This document shows, one piece after another, positions 10,246 through 18,842 of a stretch of 64,000 nucleotides of DNA (position 1 is the first letter of the stretch; the number at the start of each line of letters is the position of its first letter). Source of the DNA: Trueperaceae bacterium (GTDB lineage: Bacteria > Deinococcota > Deinococci > Deinococcales > Trueperaceae); contig OZ243956.1 of the NCBI GenBank assembly GCA_965214405.1, positions 1,344,001 to 1,408,000 on the forward strand. Direction: 5' to 3'. The notes beneath the pieces are model-generated. The model was not told the DNA's origin. It did not search any database and saw only the letters and a program-made list of their open reading frames with translations. A program made the translations under genes and the position numbers.

Positions 10246-11571
10246 GGGTGCAACTCACGTAGTGGGGGAAGAAAAGGCGTGGTGCCTTATGGTGTCATGG
10301 GAGACGAGCGGCTGCTTGGAACAACGCCTAGCTCTAAAAGAAGCCATGCGACCTGCGCCAGGACGCGACCACTGCATCCCCGACTGTTTCATGCGGAAGC
10401 CGATGACGCTCTTGTTGACGCCCTCGACTTGACCAGAGCCAATGGGTAAGCCACAATTTTTATAACTGGGGTAATCCATATGGTGTTGACGTTCTTGAAG
10501 ATAGCGTAAAGCCGTTTGTGATGTGTCATCCCAGCTCAGCCAAACAGCAGGGTCAGGACGATGCGTTTGTAACCAATCCGCAGCAGCAATCTCGCCGCTA
10601 AGCCAAGAGCGTCTTGTTTGGCTACGTTCGCGCTCATCCCAGCCGAGAGCTTCCATAAGGGTGTCAAGGTAAGCACTGCTGTGGTAAACGTCGATGATGT
10701 GTGGGATACCCAGATGCTCGTAAAGGTTTTTGATCCAACTCGCGCCATCGCTCAGGCCGACGACTTCATCATCTTGTCTCAGGCCTGCTTCACGCATCAG
10801 CCCCGCTACTTGGTCGGTAAACGCTGTCGCCTCACACACATCGGCTAACAGGCTGCGTTGCTGAGGTGCAGACACCGGGTGGATCACCGCGCTCTTGATC
10901 TCGATGCCGCCACAAACCCCGTCCTGAGCTTTTTCGAGCACCCGCACCCCGTCAACTTCAATCACCACTTTCCGCCCTCGTCCTGCTAGCAACGCTGCAT
11001 CTTTGGCCGTGTCCAGCAGCTCGCGCGTTTGCGCCTGACAAGCGCTGGCGTAAGGTTGGGTCAAGCGCTCCAAGCCCGCGCGACTCATGCCCGGCAACAT
11101 CTCAAAGTCACGGCTGACTTCTACCGCTTTTTCATACGATAAAGCGCTACTCAAACGCATCATCACGTTCAATGCGCCCGCTGTCCAACCACTGCCGTCT
11201 AAGTTTGGGTCCAGGGCGACTTGGCAATGTCTGCCGTCTTTGTGTTCGTACCTTTGACTGGGTACGCGCACGCTCCCCCAGAAGTGCTTGACCTCAAGCT
11301 CGCCCCGTCCGTCTTTATGCCAACCCTCGCTTTTGTTCATCAGAGGGGGGAAAATCCTGGCTCTCAACCAGGTGCTGCATCAGGCGACTCATCAGGCTAC
11401 TTTGTCGCTTTAGCAAGGCCGCTTCTATTTCGTTCATGCTCGCTTTCGTCCCTAGCTCCTGCTTTATCTCCGCAACAATGCTCTTGATGATGGCGTCCAG
11501 TTCTTCTACCCTTTGCTCTGCGTCTGTTGTCATCGTCCTGTTTTATCACCCCCATTCACTGAGTTGCACCC
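10246..11571 (-). mobile_element. Complete IS, ISKra4/ISLre2-like (IS256-related Mutator-type)
   Basis: TIRs GGGTGCAACTCA-N5-TGGGGG at both ends; 9-bp direct repeat GTGAAGGTT at 10237-10245 and 11572-11580; lower GC than flanks. Confidence 0.93.
10255..11533 (-). CDS. DDE transposase split into two overlapping frames (11315-11533 and 10255-11367)
   Basis: IEVDG, LSDGASWI, IDVYH, GLPIGSGQVE motifs; the frames overlap at GATTTTCCCCCC. Confidence 0.85.
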
Positions 11572-11651
11572 GTGAAGGTTTATTTGTGACTAGGACCGCT
11601 CGAGAAAGCCCGCCGCGACGTAACAAAACTTGCGCCGTGTAAGCTGCACCT

Positions 11652-12197
11652 GTGAATTCAGGTGTTTGGTTGATTAACGGCTTGCCCGGTTCCGGCAAAA
11701 CCGCGGTGGCTCGAGCGTTGGCTGCAACATTACCGAGGAGCGCTCATATCGAGGGCGACCGCCTAAGTTATATGGTCATCGGCGAACGCGCTTTTCCGCC
11801 CAAACCTCATTCAATTAGTAAAGATGAGCTTGCACAACTTGACCTTTCGTACAAACATCAAGCCCAGCTAGCCGCTTCCTTTCACGCAGAAGGCTTCACC
11901 CCGGTTATCGACTTTTTTATCTACAATGCGCTGGACCTCTTCAAATACTCGCAGATACTAAAGCCACTGCCGCTCTATTTCGTAACGCTAAATCCCAGTC
12001 GTCAGGCCATCCTCGCGCGAGACGCGGGCCGTGGTACGAAGCACGCTGCGACCTGGCTGCCCTTTAGAGAGCGGATGTTGACCGAGCTACAAAACGTGGG
12101 TCTAGTCATCGACAACACGAACCTAAATGTTGCAGAAACCGTGACTTTGATTGTAGAGAACCAGACTCGAGCGCAGGTGCAGGATTTGTCGGTGTAG
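11652..12197 (+). CDS. P-loop kinase / AAA_33-like phosphotransferase
   Basis: INGLPGSGKT Walker A, HIEGD, IDNTNL; lower GC. Confidence 0.8.
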   Translation: MNSGVWLINGLPGSGKTAVARALAATLPRSAHIEGDRLSYMVIGERAFPPKPHSISKDELAQLDLSYKHQAQLAASFHAEGFTPVIDFFIYNALDLFKYSQILKPLPLYFVTLNPSRQAILARDAGRGTKHAATWLPFRERMLTELQNVGLVIDNTNLNVAETVTLIVENQTRAQVQDLSV

Positions 12198-12320
12198 AGT
12201 CAAATTGACGTACCCCGACACGCTTCGGGCACCGCGTCACCGCTCAACAAGGTTAAAAAATCAGCCACTTGTGAGGAGTCCCTTACACATTCACCAAAAG
12301 CGTCTGCTAGACTCTCCCTC

Positions 12321-12860
12321 ATGAAGCCTCTCTTGCCCCTCTTTATTTTTGTCGTCGCGCTGCTCAACGTAGCGGCGGCCTCGCCCTCCGTGTTTCCCGA
12401 AAACGCTCTCTTCGCGGGGCTCGGTTACGGGGGCGGGGTGGCCGGGGCGGTGGGGGCGGAGTTTCGGCTGCCGCTGCCCATTTTCGACGCGTCGCTGGGG
12501 CTCGAGGCCACCGCGCCCCTGGGGCAACTGAGCGACTGGCAGGTGCGCCTCTCGGGGAGCGCGCTCGCCATCCCCGCGCTCGGCACCAACCCGCCGCTCG
12601 CGCTGGGTCTAGGAATAGACGCGGGCGTGAGCGCGGACGGGCCGAGCGCGCATTTTGGGCCTATCGTGGGCAGCGACCTTCTTTTTAGCCTCGACGTGCC
12701 CATGACCGTGTCCGCCTACGTCGCGCCCGGTTACGCGCGCGGGCGAGGGTTTTCGCTCGCTTGGGCGGGGCAGGTGCGTTACTACTGGGATGACGTGGCC
12801 CTGGAGTTTTCCTCTTCCGACCTCACCCCGCTACGCCTCGGCGCGCGCTTTCTTTTTTAG
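12321..12860 (+). CDS. Exported hypothetical protein, possibly an outer-membrane beta-barrel
   Basis: Signal peptide; Gly-rich alternating strands; C-terminal RLGARFLF. Confidence 0.65.
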   Translation: MKPLLPLFIFVVALLNVAAASPSVFPENALFAGLGYGGGVAGAVGAEFRLPLPIFDASLGLEATAPLGQLSDWQVRLSGSALAIPALGTNPPLALGLGIDAGVSADGPSAHFGPIVGSDLLFSLDVPMTVSAYVAPGYARGRGFSLAWAGQVRYYWDDVALEFSSSDLTPLRLGARFLF

Positions 12861-13039
12861 TATCTGGTTTTAATATCCTGCGCTCGAGGGACTGAGGAGT
12901 CATTTGAGGTGTGTTGAGGCGTTCAAAAGTATAGACAAGATAGAGAAGGGTTTTTTATTCCCCTTTCTCTGTTTTGTATTGCACATGCTTATTTTGACTC
13001 GAGCTTCTGCACAAGCCCTACCACCCGGAGAAGACCATA

Positions 13040-13888
13040 ATGCGTGAGCGGCGGGCCTGGTGGCTGGGGCTGCCCGCGTTCCTTTTGCTCGTGGGCTTTG
13101 TGTTCTTGCCCCTTTTAAGCGTGTTGCGCTACGCGGGCTGGGACTGGTCGGGGTTTTCAGCGCCCGAGTGGATTGGGCTGGGCAACGTGCAGAGGCTTAT
13201 CGAGGACGCCGAACTCTGGCGCTCATTACGCACGACGCTGCTGTTCGCGCTCCTTACGCTGCCGTCGTTTTTGTGGCTTTCCTACACGGTTGCGACGGCT
13301 ATCGAGGGGGTGAGGCTCGAGCGCTTCGTCAAGGCGTTCCTTTTTCTGCCCGGTCTCATTACCGTGGGCGGCTCGGCGGTGGCCTGGTATCTGCTCTACA
13401 ACCCCGACTACGGTTTTTTATATGAACTCACCGGGCTGGCGCTTCCCTGGAATAGTGAAGGCTGGGCCGGGCTCGTTTACATCGTGCTCTTCACCCTCTG
13501 GCAGAGCACGGGCTACGGCGTGCTCGTGATGTCGGCGGCGCTGCGCGGGGTTCCGGGAGAGGTCAAGGAGGCCGCGCGTATCGACGGGGCCAGCGAGGCG
13601 CAGGTGCGGCGGCGCGTCACGCTGCCGCTCTTGCGCCCGGCGCTGCTCTTTTTGACGGTCATCGGCACCGTGCTCTCGCTCCAGTCCTACACGGCGGTCT
13701 ATCTGCTCACGCGCGGCGGACCCTACGGCGCGACGCGGGTGATCGGGTATTACCTTTACGAAACCGCGTTCGAGCGTTTCCAGGTGGGCTACGGCGCGGC
13801 TATCACCCTTTTTGTGATGCTCCTGACGCTGGGTGTGGCCGCGCTCCAGGCGAGGTTTTTGGGCGGACGCAGGGAGACTGCGTTCTAG
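13040..13888 (+). CDS. Carbohydrate ABC transporter permease (MalF/UgpA type)
   Basis: EAARIDGA EAA loop; 6 TM. Confidence 0.92.
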   Translation: MRERRAWWLGLPAFLLLVGFVFLPLLSVLRYAGWDWSGFSAPEWIGLGNVQRLIEDAELWRSLRTTLLFALLTLPSFLWLSYTVATAIEGVRLERFVKAFLFLPGLITVGGSAVAWYLLYNPDYGFLYELTGLALPWNSEGWAGLVYIVLFTLWQSTGYGVLVMSAALRGVPGEVKEAARIDGASEAQVRRRVTLPLLRPALLFLTVIGTVLSLQSYTAVYLLTRGGPYGATRVIGYYLYETAFERFQVGYGAAITLFVMLLTLGVAALQARFLGGRRETAF

Positions 13889-14673
13889 TGTTTGGGCGTC
13901 TCTCGTTTGGACGGGCTGTCACGGGAGTGTTTTGCCTTTTCGTGCTCCTGCCCATCCTGTGGCTCGTCTACGCGGCTTTTCTACCCGCCGAGGCCATCCT
14001 TAACGCATCTCTGGCGACATGGGGCTGGAGTTTGGAGAACTTTGCCGCGCTCCGCGGTACCGGACTGGGGCGGGCGCTGCTCGTGTCGGGGGTGGCGAGC
14101 GGGCTTACGGTGTTGGGGCAGCTCGTCGTCGGCTTGGGGGCTGCGTACGCGCTGCGCGCAGGATTACCCTTGTTCGGGCTCGTGCTCCTCGCGCTGGCGC
14201 TCCCCACCGAACTTTTGCTCGTGCCCCTCTACCGCGAGCTTCAGATTTTGGGGCTCCTCGATACCTTAGGTGCGCTCATTTTGCCCTTTCTGGCGAGCCC
14301 GCTGGTTATCTTTTTGCTTTTTCAGTCACTCAGGCGCTTGCCCTGGGAGTTGGTCGAGGCGGCGCGTTTGGACGGCGCGTCGGAGTGGGGCGTGCTCTGG
14401 CGCGTGCTGGCCCCCTTGTTGCGCCCCGAGTTGGTCGCCGCCGGGATTTTGAGCTTCGCCGCGCATTGGAACTTGGTGCTCTACCCCAAGGTGATGGCGG
14501 GCGAGCCGCGCCTCTACACGGTGCAGGTCTTTCTCACCGAGCTTTTGCGCAACCAGCCGCTCGACTGGGGTCTCCTGGGCGCGGCGGCGCTCGTCGCCAC
14601 CCTGCCGCTCCTCGCGCTCTACGTGCTTTTTGAAAAGCGCATCGTCACCGTGTTCGAGACGAGTTTCAAGTAG
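13888..14673 (+). CDS. Carbohydrate ABC transporter permease (MalG/UgpE type)
   Basis: LVEAARLDGA EAA loop. Confidence 0.92.
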   Translation: MFGRLSFGRAVTGVFCLFVLLPILWLVYAAFLPAEAILNASLATWGWSLENFAALRGTGLGRALLVSGVASGLTVLGQLVVGLGAAYALRAGLPLFGLVLLALALPTELLLVPLYRELQILGLLDTLGALILPFLASPLVIFLLFQSLRRLPWELVEAARLDGASEWGVLWRVLAPLLRPELVAAGILSFAAHWNLVLYPKVMAGEPRLYTVQVFLTELLRNQPLDWGLLGAAALVATLPLLALYVLFEKRIVTVFETSFK

Positions 14674-14905
14674 GCTCGAGCCCTCATTGACCTCATTCCC
14701 AAAGCACCTGTGAGGTATCAACCGCGCGGTTGCGGGCCGGTATCTTTTGGGCTCTTTACGCTTTGTTCATTTATGCTTTGTTACACATAAGAAAACCTTT
14801 GGGGGTGATAGGTTGAGAGGGTACTTATGACTTTTATTCACATTTGTACCACGCGTATTTATACCGTACTCGTTACTGGACTCGTTTCCGCATAGGGGGG
14901 CAACT

Positions 14906-16096
14906 GTGCGTATTCTGCTGTTTTTCGTTCTCACCTTCGCGTCTTTCGCGGGCGCTCAAACCGACGTTACCTTTTGGCACTCGCAAGACGCCGCGCCCGT
15001 CGAGGCACTCGCAGAGGCATTCAACGCGTCTCAAACGAGCTATAGGGTGGTGCCGCGCTACACAGGGAGTTACGTCGAGAGTTCCTTAAAGCTTGTGGCC
15101 GCCCTTCAAGGGGGCGACGCGCCCGTGATGTTTGACGCCGAGGGAACGGTGTTCGCGGGGCTCGCCGAGCAGGGGGCGCTGAGCGACCTCAGCGACCTCG
15201 CCGCAGGCCTCTCCCCGGCGTTGGTCGAGGATATCTTTCCCGTGATGTGGGCCTACGGCGAGACGAACGGCGCGCGTTACGGGCTACCCTGGAACTCGAC
15301 GCTGCCCGTGCTTTTTTACAACGCGACCGCCTTTGAACAGCGCGGCGTCGCGCCGCCCAAGACCTGGGATGAATTCGAGGAGGCCGCGGCCCGCCTCACC
15401 ACCCGCAACACGAAGGGCTACATCGACGTGGCGGCGGCGCTCATCTTCGAGACGATGGTGGATTCGCGCGGGGGCAGCCTCGTCACCCCGGAGGGTGAGC
15501 CCAACTTCAACTCGCCGGAGGCCTTGGCGGCGCTCGAGCTCCTCGTCCGCCTCGCCAAAGAAAAGCATTCCATCCCCCGCTCTTTCAAGGACCTCGACTC
15601 GGCGCTTATCGACTTCGCGCGCACGAAGGGCATGATGGCGATTGCGACTGAGGCTCTGTGGCCTCAAGGCGAACGGTTCTCGGTCGCCTTCAAGGTGGCG
15701 ACCGCGCCCGTGCCGACCGGCGGCGCGCCCACGGTGCCGCTCCTGGGCGCGCAGTTGGTGGTTTTGGAGAGCGCCACGACGGAGGAGCGGGCGGGCGCGT
15801 TCGCGTTCTGGCAGTTTCTGATGGAGCCCGAAAATATCAAAACCTGGGTCGAGGCCTCTTACTATTTGCCCACGCGGCGCGCGGCGCTGCCGCTTCTAGA
15901 ATCCTGGTACGCCGAAGACCCCAGCCGCCGGGCGGCGCTTAATGGCCTCGAGCACGCCGTCCTGCGCCCTCGCACGGGTGCCTACGTCCGCTGGCAAGGC
16001 TATTTGGAGGAGGCGCTCGAGCAGGCGGTGCGGGGCCGCCTCTCGCCGGAAGAGGCTCTAAATAAAGCGCAGCAGCGGGCGCTCGCGGACCGTTAG
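14906..16096 (+). CDS. ABC substrate-binding protein, family 1 (UgpB-like)
   Basis: Signal peptide; TFWHS, YGLPWNSTLPVLFYN, PPKTWDEF. Confidence 0.9.
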   Translation: MRILLFFVLTFASFAGAQTDVTFWHSQDAAPVEALAEAFNASQTSYRVVPRYTGSYVESSLKLVAALQGGDAPVMFDAEGTVFAGLAEQGALSDLSDLAAGLSPALVEDIFPVMWAYGETNGARYGLPWNSTLPVLFYNATAFEQRGVAPPKTWDEFEEAAARLTTRNTKGYIDVAAALIFETMVDSRGGSLVTPEGEPNFNSPEALAALELLVRLAKEKHSIPRSFKDLDSALIDFARTKGMMAIATEALWPQGERFSVAFKVATAPVPTGGAPTVPLLGAQLVVLESATTEERAGAFAFWQFLMEPENIKTWVEASYYLPTRRAALPLLESWYAEDPSRRAALNGLEHAVLRPRTGAYVRWQGYLEEALEQAVRGRLSPEEALNKAQQRALADR

Positions 16097-16177
16097 GGGC
16101 ATTTTTGATACTGGACGCAAAGGGTCGGATTAAGAGGCTCGAGACATAACCAAACCCGACACAGGTAGAATAACCCC

Positions 16178-17368
16178 ATGAAACCTCTCTTCACGCTCCT
16201 CTTCGGCCTATTTCTCAGCACGGTTTTCGCGCAGACCCCCGTCCCCTTTTGGCACTCGATGGGCGCGGTTGAAGAGACCGTCAACAGCCTGGCCGAAACC
16301 TTTAACGCCTCGCAAAGCGACTACCGGGTAGAGCCGCGCTACGTCGGCTCGTACCCCGAAGCGCAGACAAAACTGTTAGCCACCGCGGAGCGGCCCGTCC
16401 TCTTTCAGGCCGAGATAAGCTTTTTCCCGCGGCTCGTTGAGGAGGGTGTCGTCCTGCCTTTGAGCGACCTCGCGGCGGCGCTGCCCGAGGATTTTGTTGG
16501 AGACTTCTACCCTGGTCTCTGGGCGTATGGCGTCTCGGGCGGCGAACGTTACGGCCTCCCCTGGAACGCCTCAACACCTGTGCTCTTTTACAACGCGACC
16601 GCCTTTGGGCAGCGTAACGCCGAACCGCCCACGACCTGGGACGAGTTCGAGGCGACCGCCGACCGCCTCACCACGCGGGCGACGGTGGGGTTTATCGCGC
16701 TCACCGAGGCCTGGACCTTTGAGGCGATGGTGACCACGCGCGGGGGCAGCTTAGTCACCGAGGACGGCAGGCCCAACTTCGATTCGCCCGAGGCGCTGGC
16801 GGCGCTCGAGCTCTTGGCGCGCCTTGTAAGAGCCAAAGAGGCGGTGCCGCGCACCCTCGCCGAGGCGAACTTCGCGCTGCTCGACTTTGTGCGCACGAAA
16901 GGCATGATGGTCTTTGCGAGCCCCGCCAATCTACCCGACGCCTCGCGCTTTTCCGTCGCGTTCGAGATTGGCGCGGCGCCTATGCCGGTGGGCGTGAGTC
17001 CCGCCGTTCCCTTGGGCGGCGCGCAACTGGTCGTCTTGGAGGGGGCCAGCGAGGCGCAGCGCGCGGGCGCGTTCGCGTTCTGGCAGTTCTTGATGGAGCC
17101 CGAGAACATCAAAACCTGGGTCGAAGCGTCCTATTACCTACCCACGCGGCGCGCGGCGCTGCCGCTTTTGGCGTCCTGGTACGCCGAAGACCCCAACCGC
17201 GGGGCGGCCTTGTCGCAGCTCGAGCACGCCGTACCCCGCCCCCGCGTCGCCGCCTTCGGCACCTGGTCGGGGTTTTTAGAAGAAGCCTTGGAGCGCGCGC
17301 TTAAGGGTCAGGCCACGCCCGAGGAGGCGCTGGCCGAGGCGCAGCGCCGCGCGGAGGCGGCTCGTTAA
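16178..17368 (+). CDS. ABC substrate-binding protein, paralogue of the previous gene
   Basis: Same motifs, same length (396 aa). Confidence 0.9.
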   Translation: MKPLFTLLFGLFLSTVFAQTPVPFWHSMGAVEETVNSLAETFNASQSDYRVEPRYVGSYPEAQTKLLATAERPVLFQAEISFFPRLVEEGVVLPLSDLAAALPEDFVGDFYPGLWAYGVSGGERYGLPWNASTPVLFYNATAFGQRNAEPPTTWDEFEATADRLTTRATVGFIALTEAWTFEAMVTTRGGSLVTEDGRPNFDSPEALAALELLARLVRAKEAVPRTLAEANFALLDFVRTKGMMVFASPANLPDASRFSVAFEIGAAPMPVGVSPAVPLGGAQLVVLEGASEAQRAGAFAFWQFLMEPENIKTWVEASYYLPTRRAALPLLASWYAEDPNRGAALSQLEHAVPRPRVAAFGTWSGFLEEALERALKGQATPEEALAEAQRRAEAAR

Positions 17369-17623
17369 AGGAGAGTGAAAAGTACCGAGTGGAAAGTGCT
17401 GAGTGAAAAACAAAATCAAAAGCTTTTACTCTCTGGTCTCTTTCCGCCACCGATAAACCTCACAGTCCGCGCTGAGGCACTCACCGCCAGCCTTACACCT
17501 CTTACACCTTGCTTGCACAGCAACACACAACCGTCACGGCGCTTTGGCGCGTCTCTCCCTACAATGATAAGAGGGAGCAAAAGGGGTGGCGCTTCACATT
17601 TCGGACATATCTAGGGGACACGC

Positions 17624-18502
17624 ATGAAACTCGGTTACAGCCCAACCACGGCGTCCGTGCTCGAGCTCGATGACGCCTACAGGCTCGCAGTAGAGTTAGA
17701 GCTCGAGTTTGTCGAACTCGCGTTTGAACTTCAAGAAATTTCCGCGCAGACCCAGCCGCCCGCGCGGGTGCTGGCGCTGAGCCGCGCCACCGGGGTCGAG
17801 ACGACCGTCCATCTGCCCTTTACCGACCTCAACTTAGCCTCGCTCATCCCCAAAACGCGGGCGCTGGCGGTCGAACGCGTTCAGCGCGGGCTCGACTACG
17901 CCGCGGCGGTGGGCGCGCACTGCGGCGTGCTGCATAGCGGTCAGAACCCTTTTTATCATCCTCTGGCGGTGCCGCTGGCCGAGAACGCGCTCCGCGCCTC
18001 TTTCGCCGCGTTAGGAGCGAGCGTGCCCGTGGCGCTCGAGAACCTAGCTTTAAGCCGCGCCGACTTCGTCCGCGGCCCCGACACGCTCCAGGCGCTCGCG
18101 GATGAGGCGGGCTTCGCCAACTGTTTCGACTTCGGTCACGCGTTTGTCGAGGGCTGCACTGGCGCTGAGAACGCTGCCGACGTGTGTTCTGAGGGAGGAA
18201 CGCGCGCGGGAGAAGCACTTGTCGCGCGCTACTTGGACGTTCTCGGCAGCCGCGTAATCCACCTCCATTTGCACGGCAACGACGGCAGCGCCGACCAGCA
18301 CCTCGCAACCGACGAGGGCGGCGTGCCCTACGCGCGTTATGCGGGCTTTTTGAACGCTTTCGGGGGGACGGCTTGTCTCGAGGTCGCGGGCGGCAGGGAG
18401 GCGCTGACGCGCAGCGTGGCGCATATACGCGCGCTTACGGCAACGCCCTCCCAAGTACCGGCGTCCCCTCGAGCAGTTGAGGGGGCCTCCAGAACGGGCT
18501 AA
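17624..18502 (+). CDS. Sugar phosphate isomerase/epimerase (AP endonuclease 2 TIM barrel)
   Basis: HLPFTDLNLAS, ALEN, FDFGH, HLHLHGNDGSADQH, LE motifs. Confidence 0.85.
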   Translation: MKLGYSPTTASVLELDDAYRLAVELELEFVELAFELQEISAQTQPPARVLALSRATGVETTVHLPFTDLNLASLIPKTRALAVERVQRGLDYAAAVGAHCGVLHSGQNPFYHPLAVPLAENALRASFAALGASVPVALENLALSRADFVRGPDTLQALADEAGFANCFDFGHAFVEGCTGAENAADVCSEGGTRAGEALVARYLDVLGSRVIHLHLHGNDGSADQHLATDEGGVPYARYAGFLNAFGGTACLEVAGGREALTRSVAHIRALTATPSQVPASPRAVEGASRTG

Positions 18503-18584
18503 CGCGGCCTTTTTCTCTGCGTCGCCCAAACACCCTTCTTCACGACTCTTCCGGGGAAGGCTCCTCCAATTAATGCGAAATTTA

Positions 18585-18600
18585 TGTGATAAATGTCACA
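18585..18600. promoter_or_regulatory. CRP/FNR-family binding site
   Basis: TGTGA-TAAATG-TCACA, a perfect TGTGA-N6-TCACA in an AT-rich patch. Confidence 0.7.
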
Positions 18601-18842
18601 GTTAACCTTTTGCCCCTCCTTTGTTGAGAGGAGGGCGCGGGAAAAACCTCCGGCGGGGTAAACTCGGGTGTGGTCAGCCAATCAACCGCCCTTTAGAAGC
18701 CCCGTGGGGTCAAGATTGGGTTCAGGCGCGCATCCACTCAGGTATCGTCGGTCCATGCACGAGTAAACACATGGGTAAACGCCTGGATGGACCATACTAA
18801 CAACCATCAAAGGTGTTGAACGTAGGGGCCTTGTGACGCGAG

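Noticed and set aside
14750..14850. DdrO RDRM or CRP box before the SBP gene
   Set aside because: Half-site spacing does not fit either consensus.
18601..18842. c-di-GMP-I riboswitch upstream of the DGC-terpene synthase
   Set aside because: Only a loose GCG..AAAACCTCCGG resemblance; no GNRA-capped P2 or matching P1/P3. It would need an Infernal hit.
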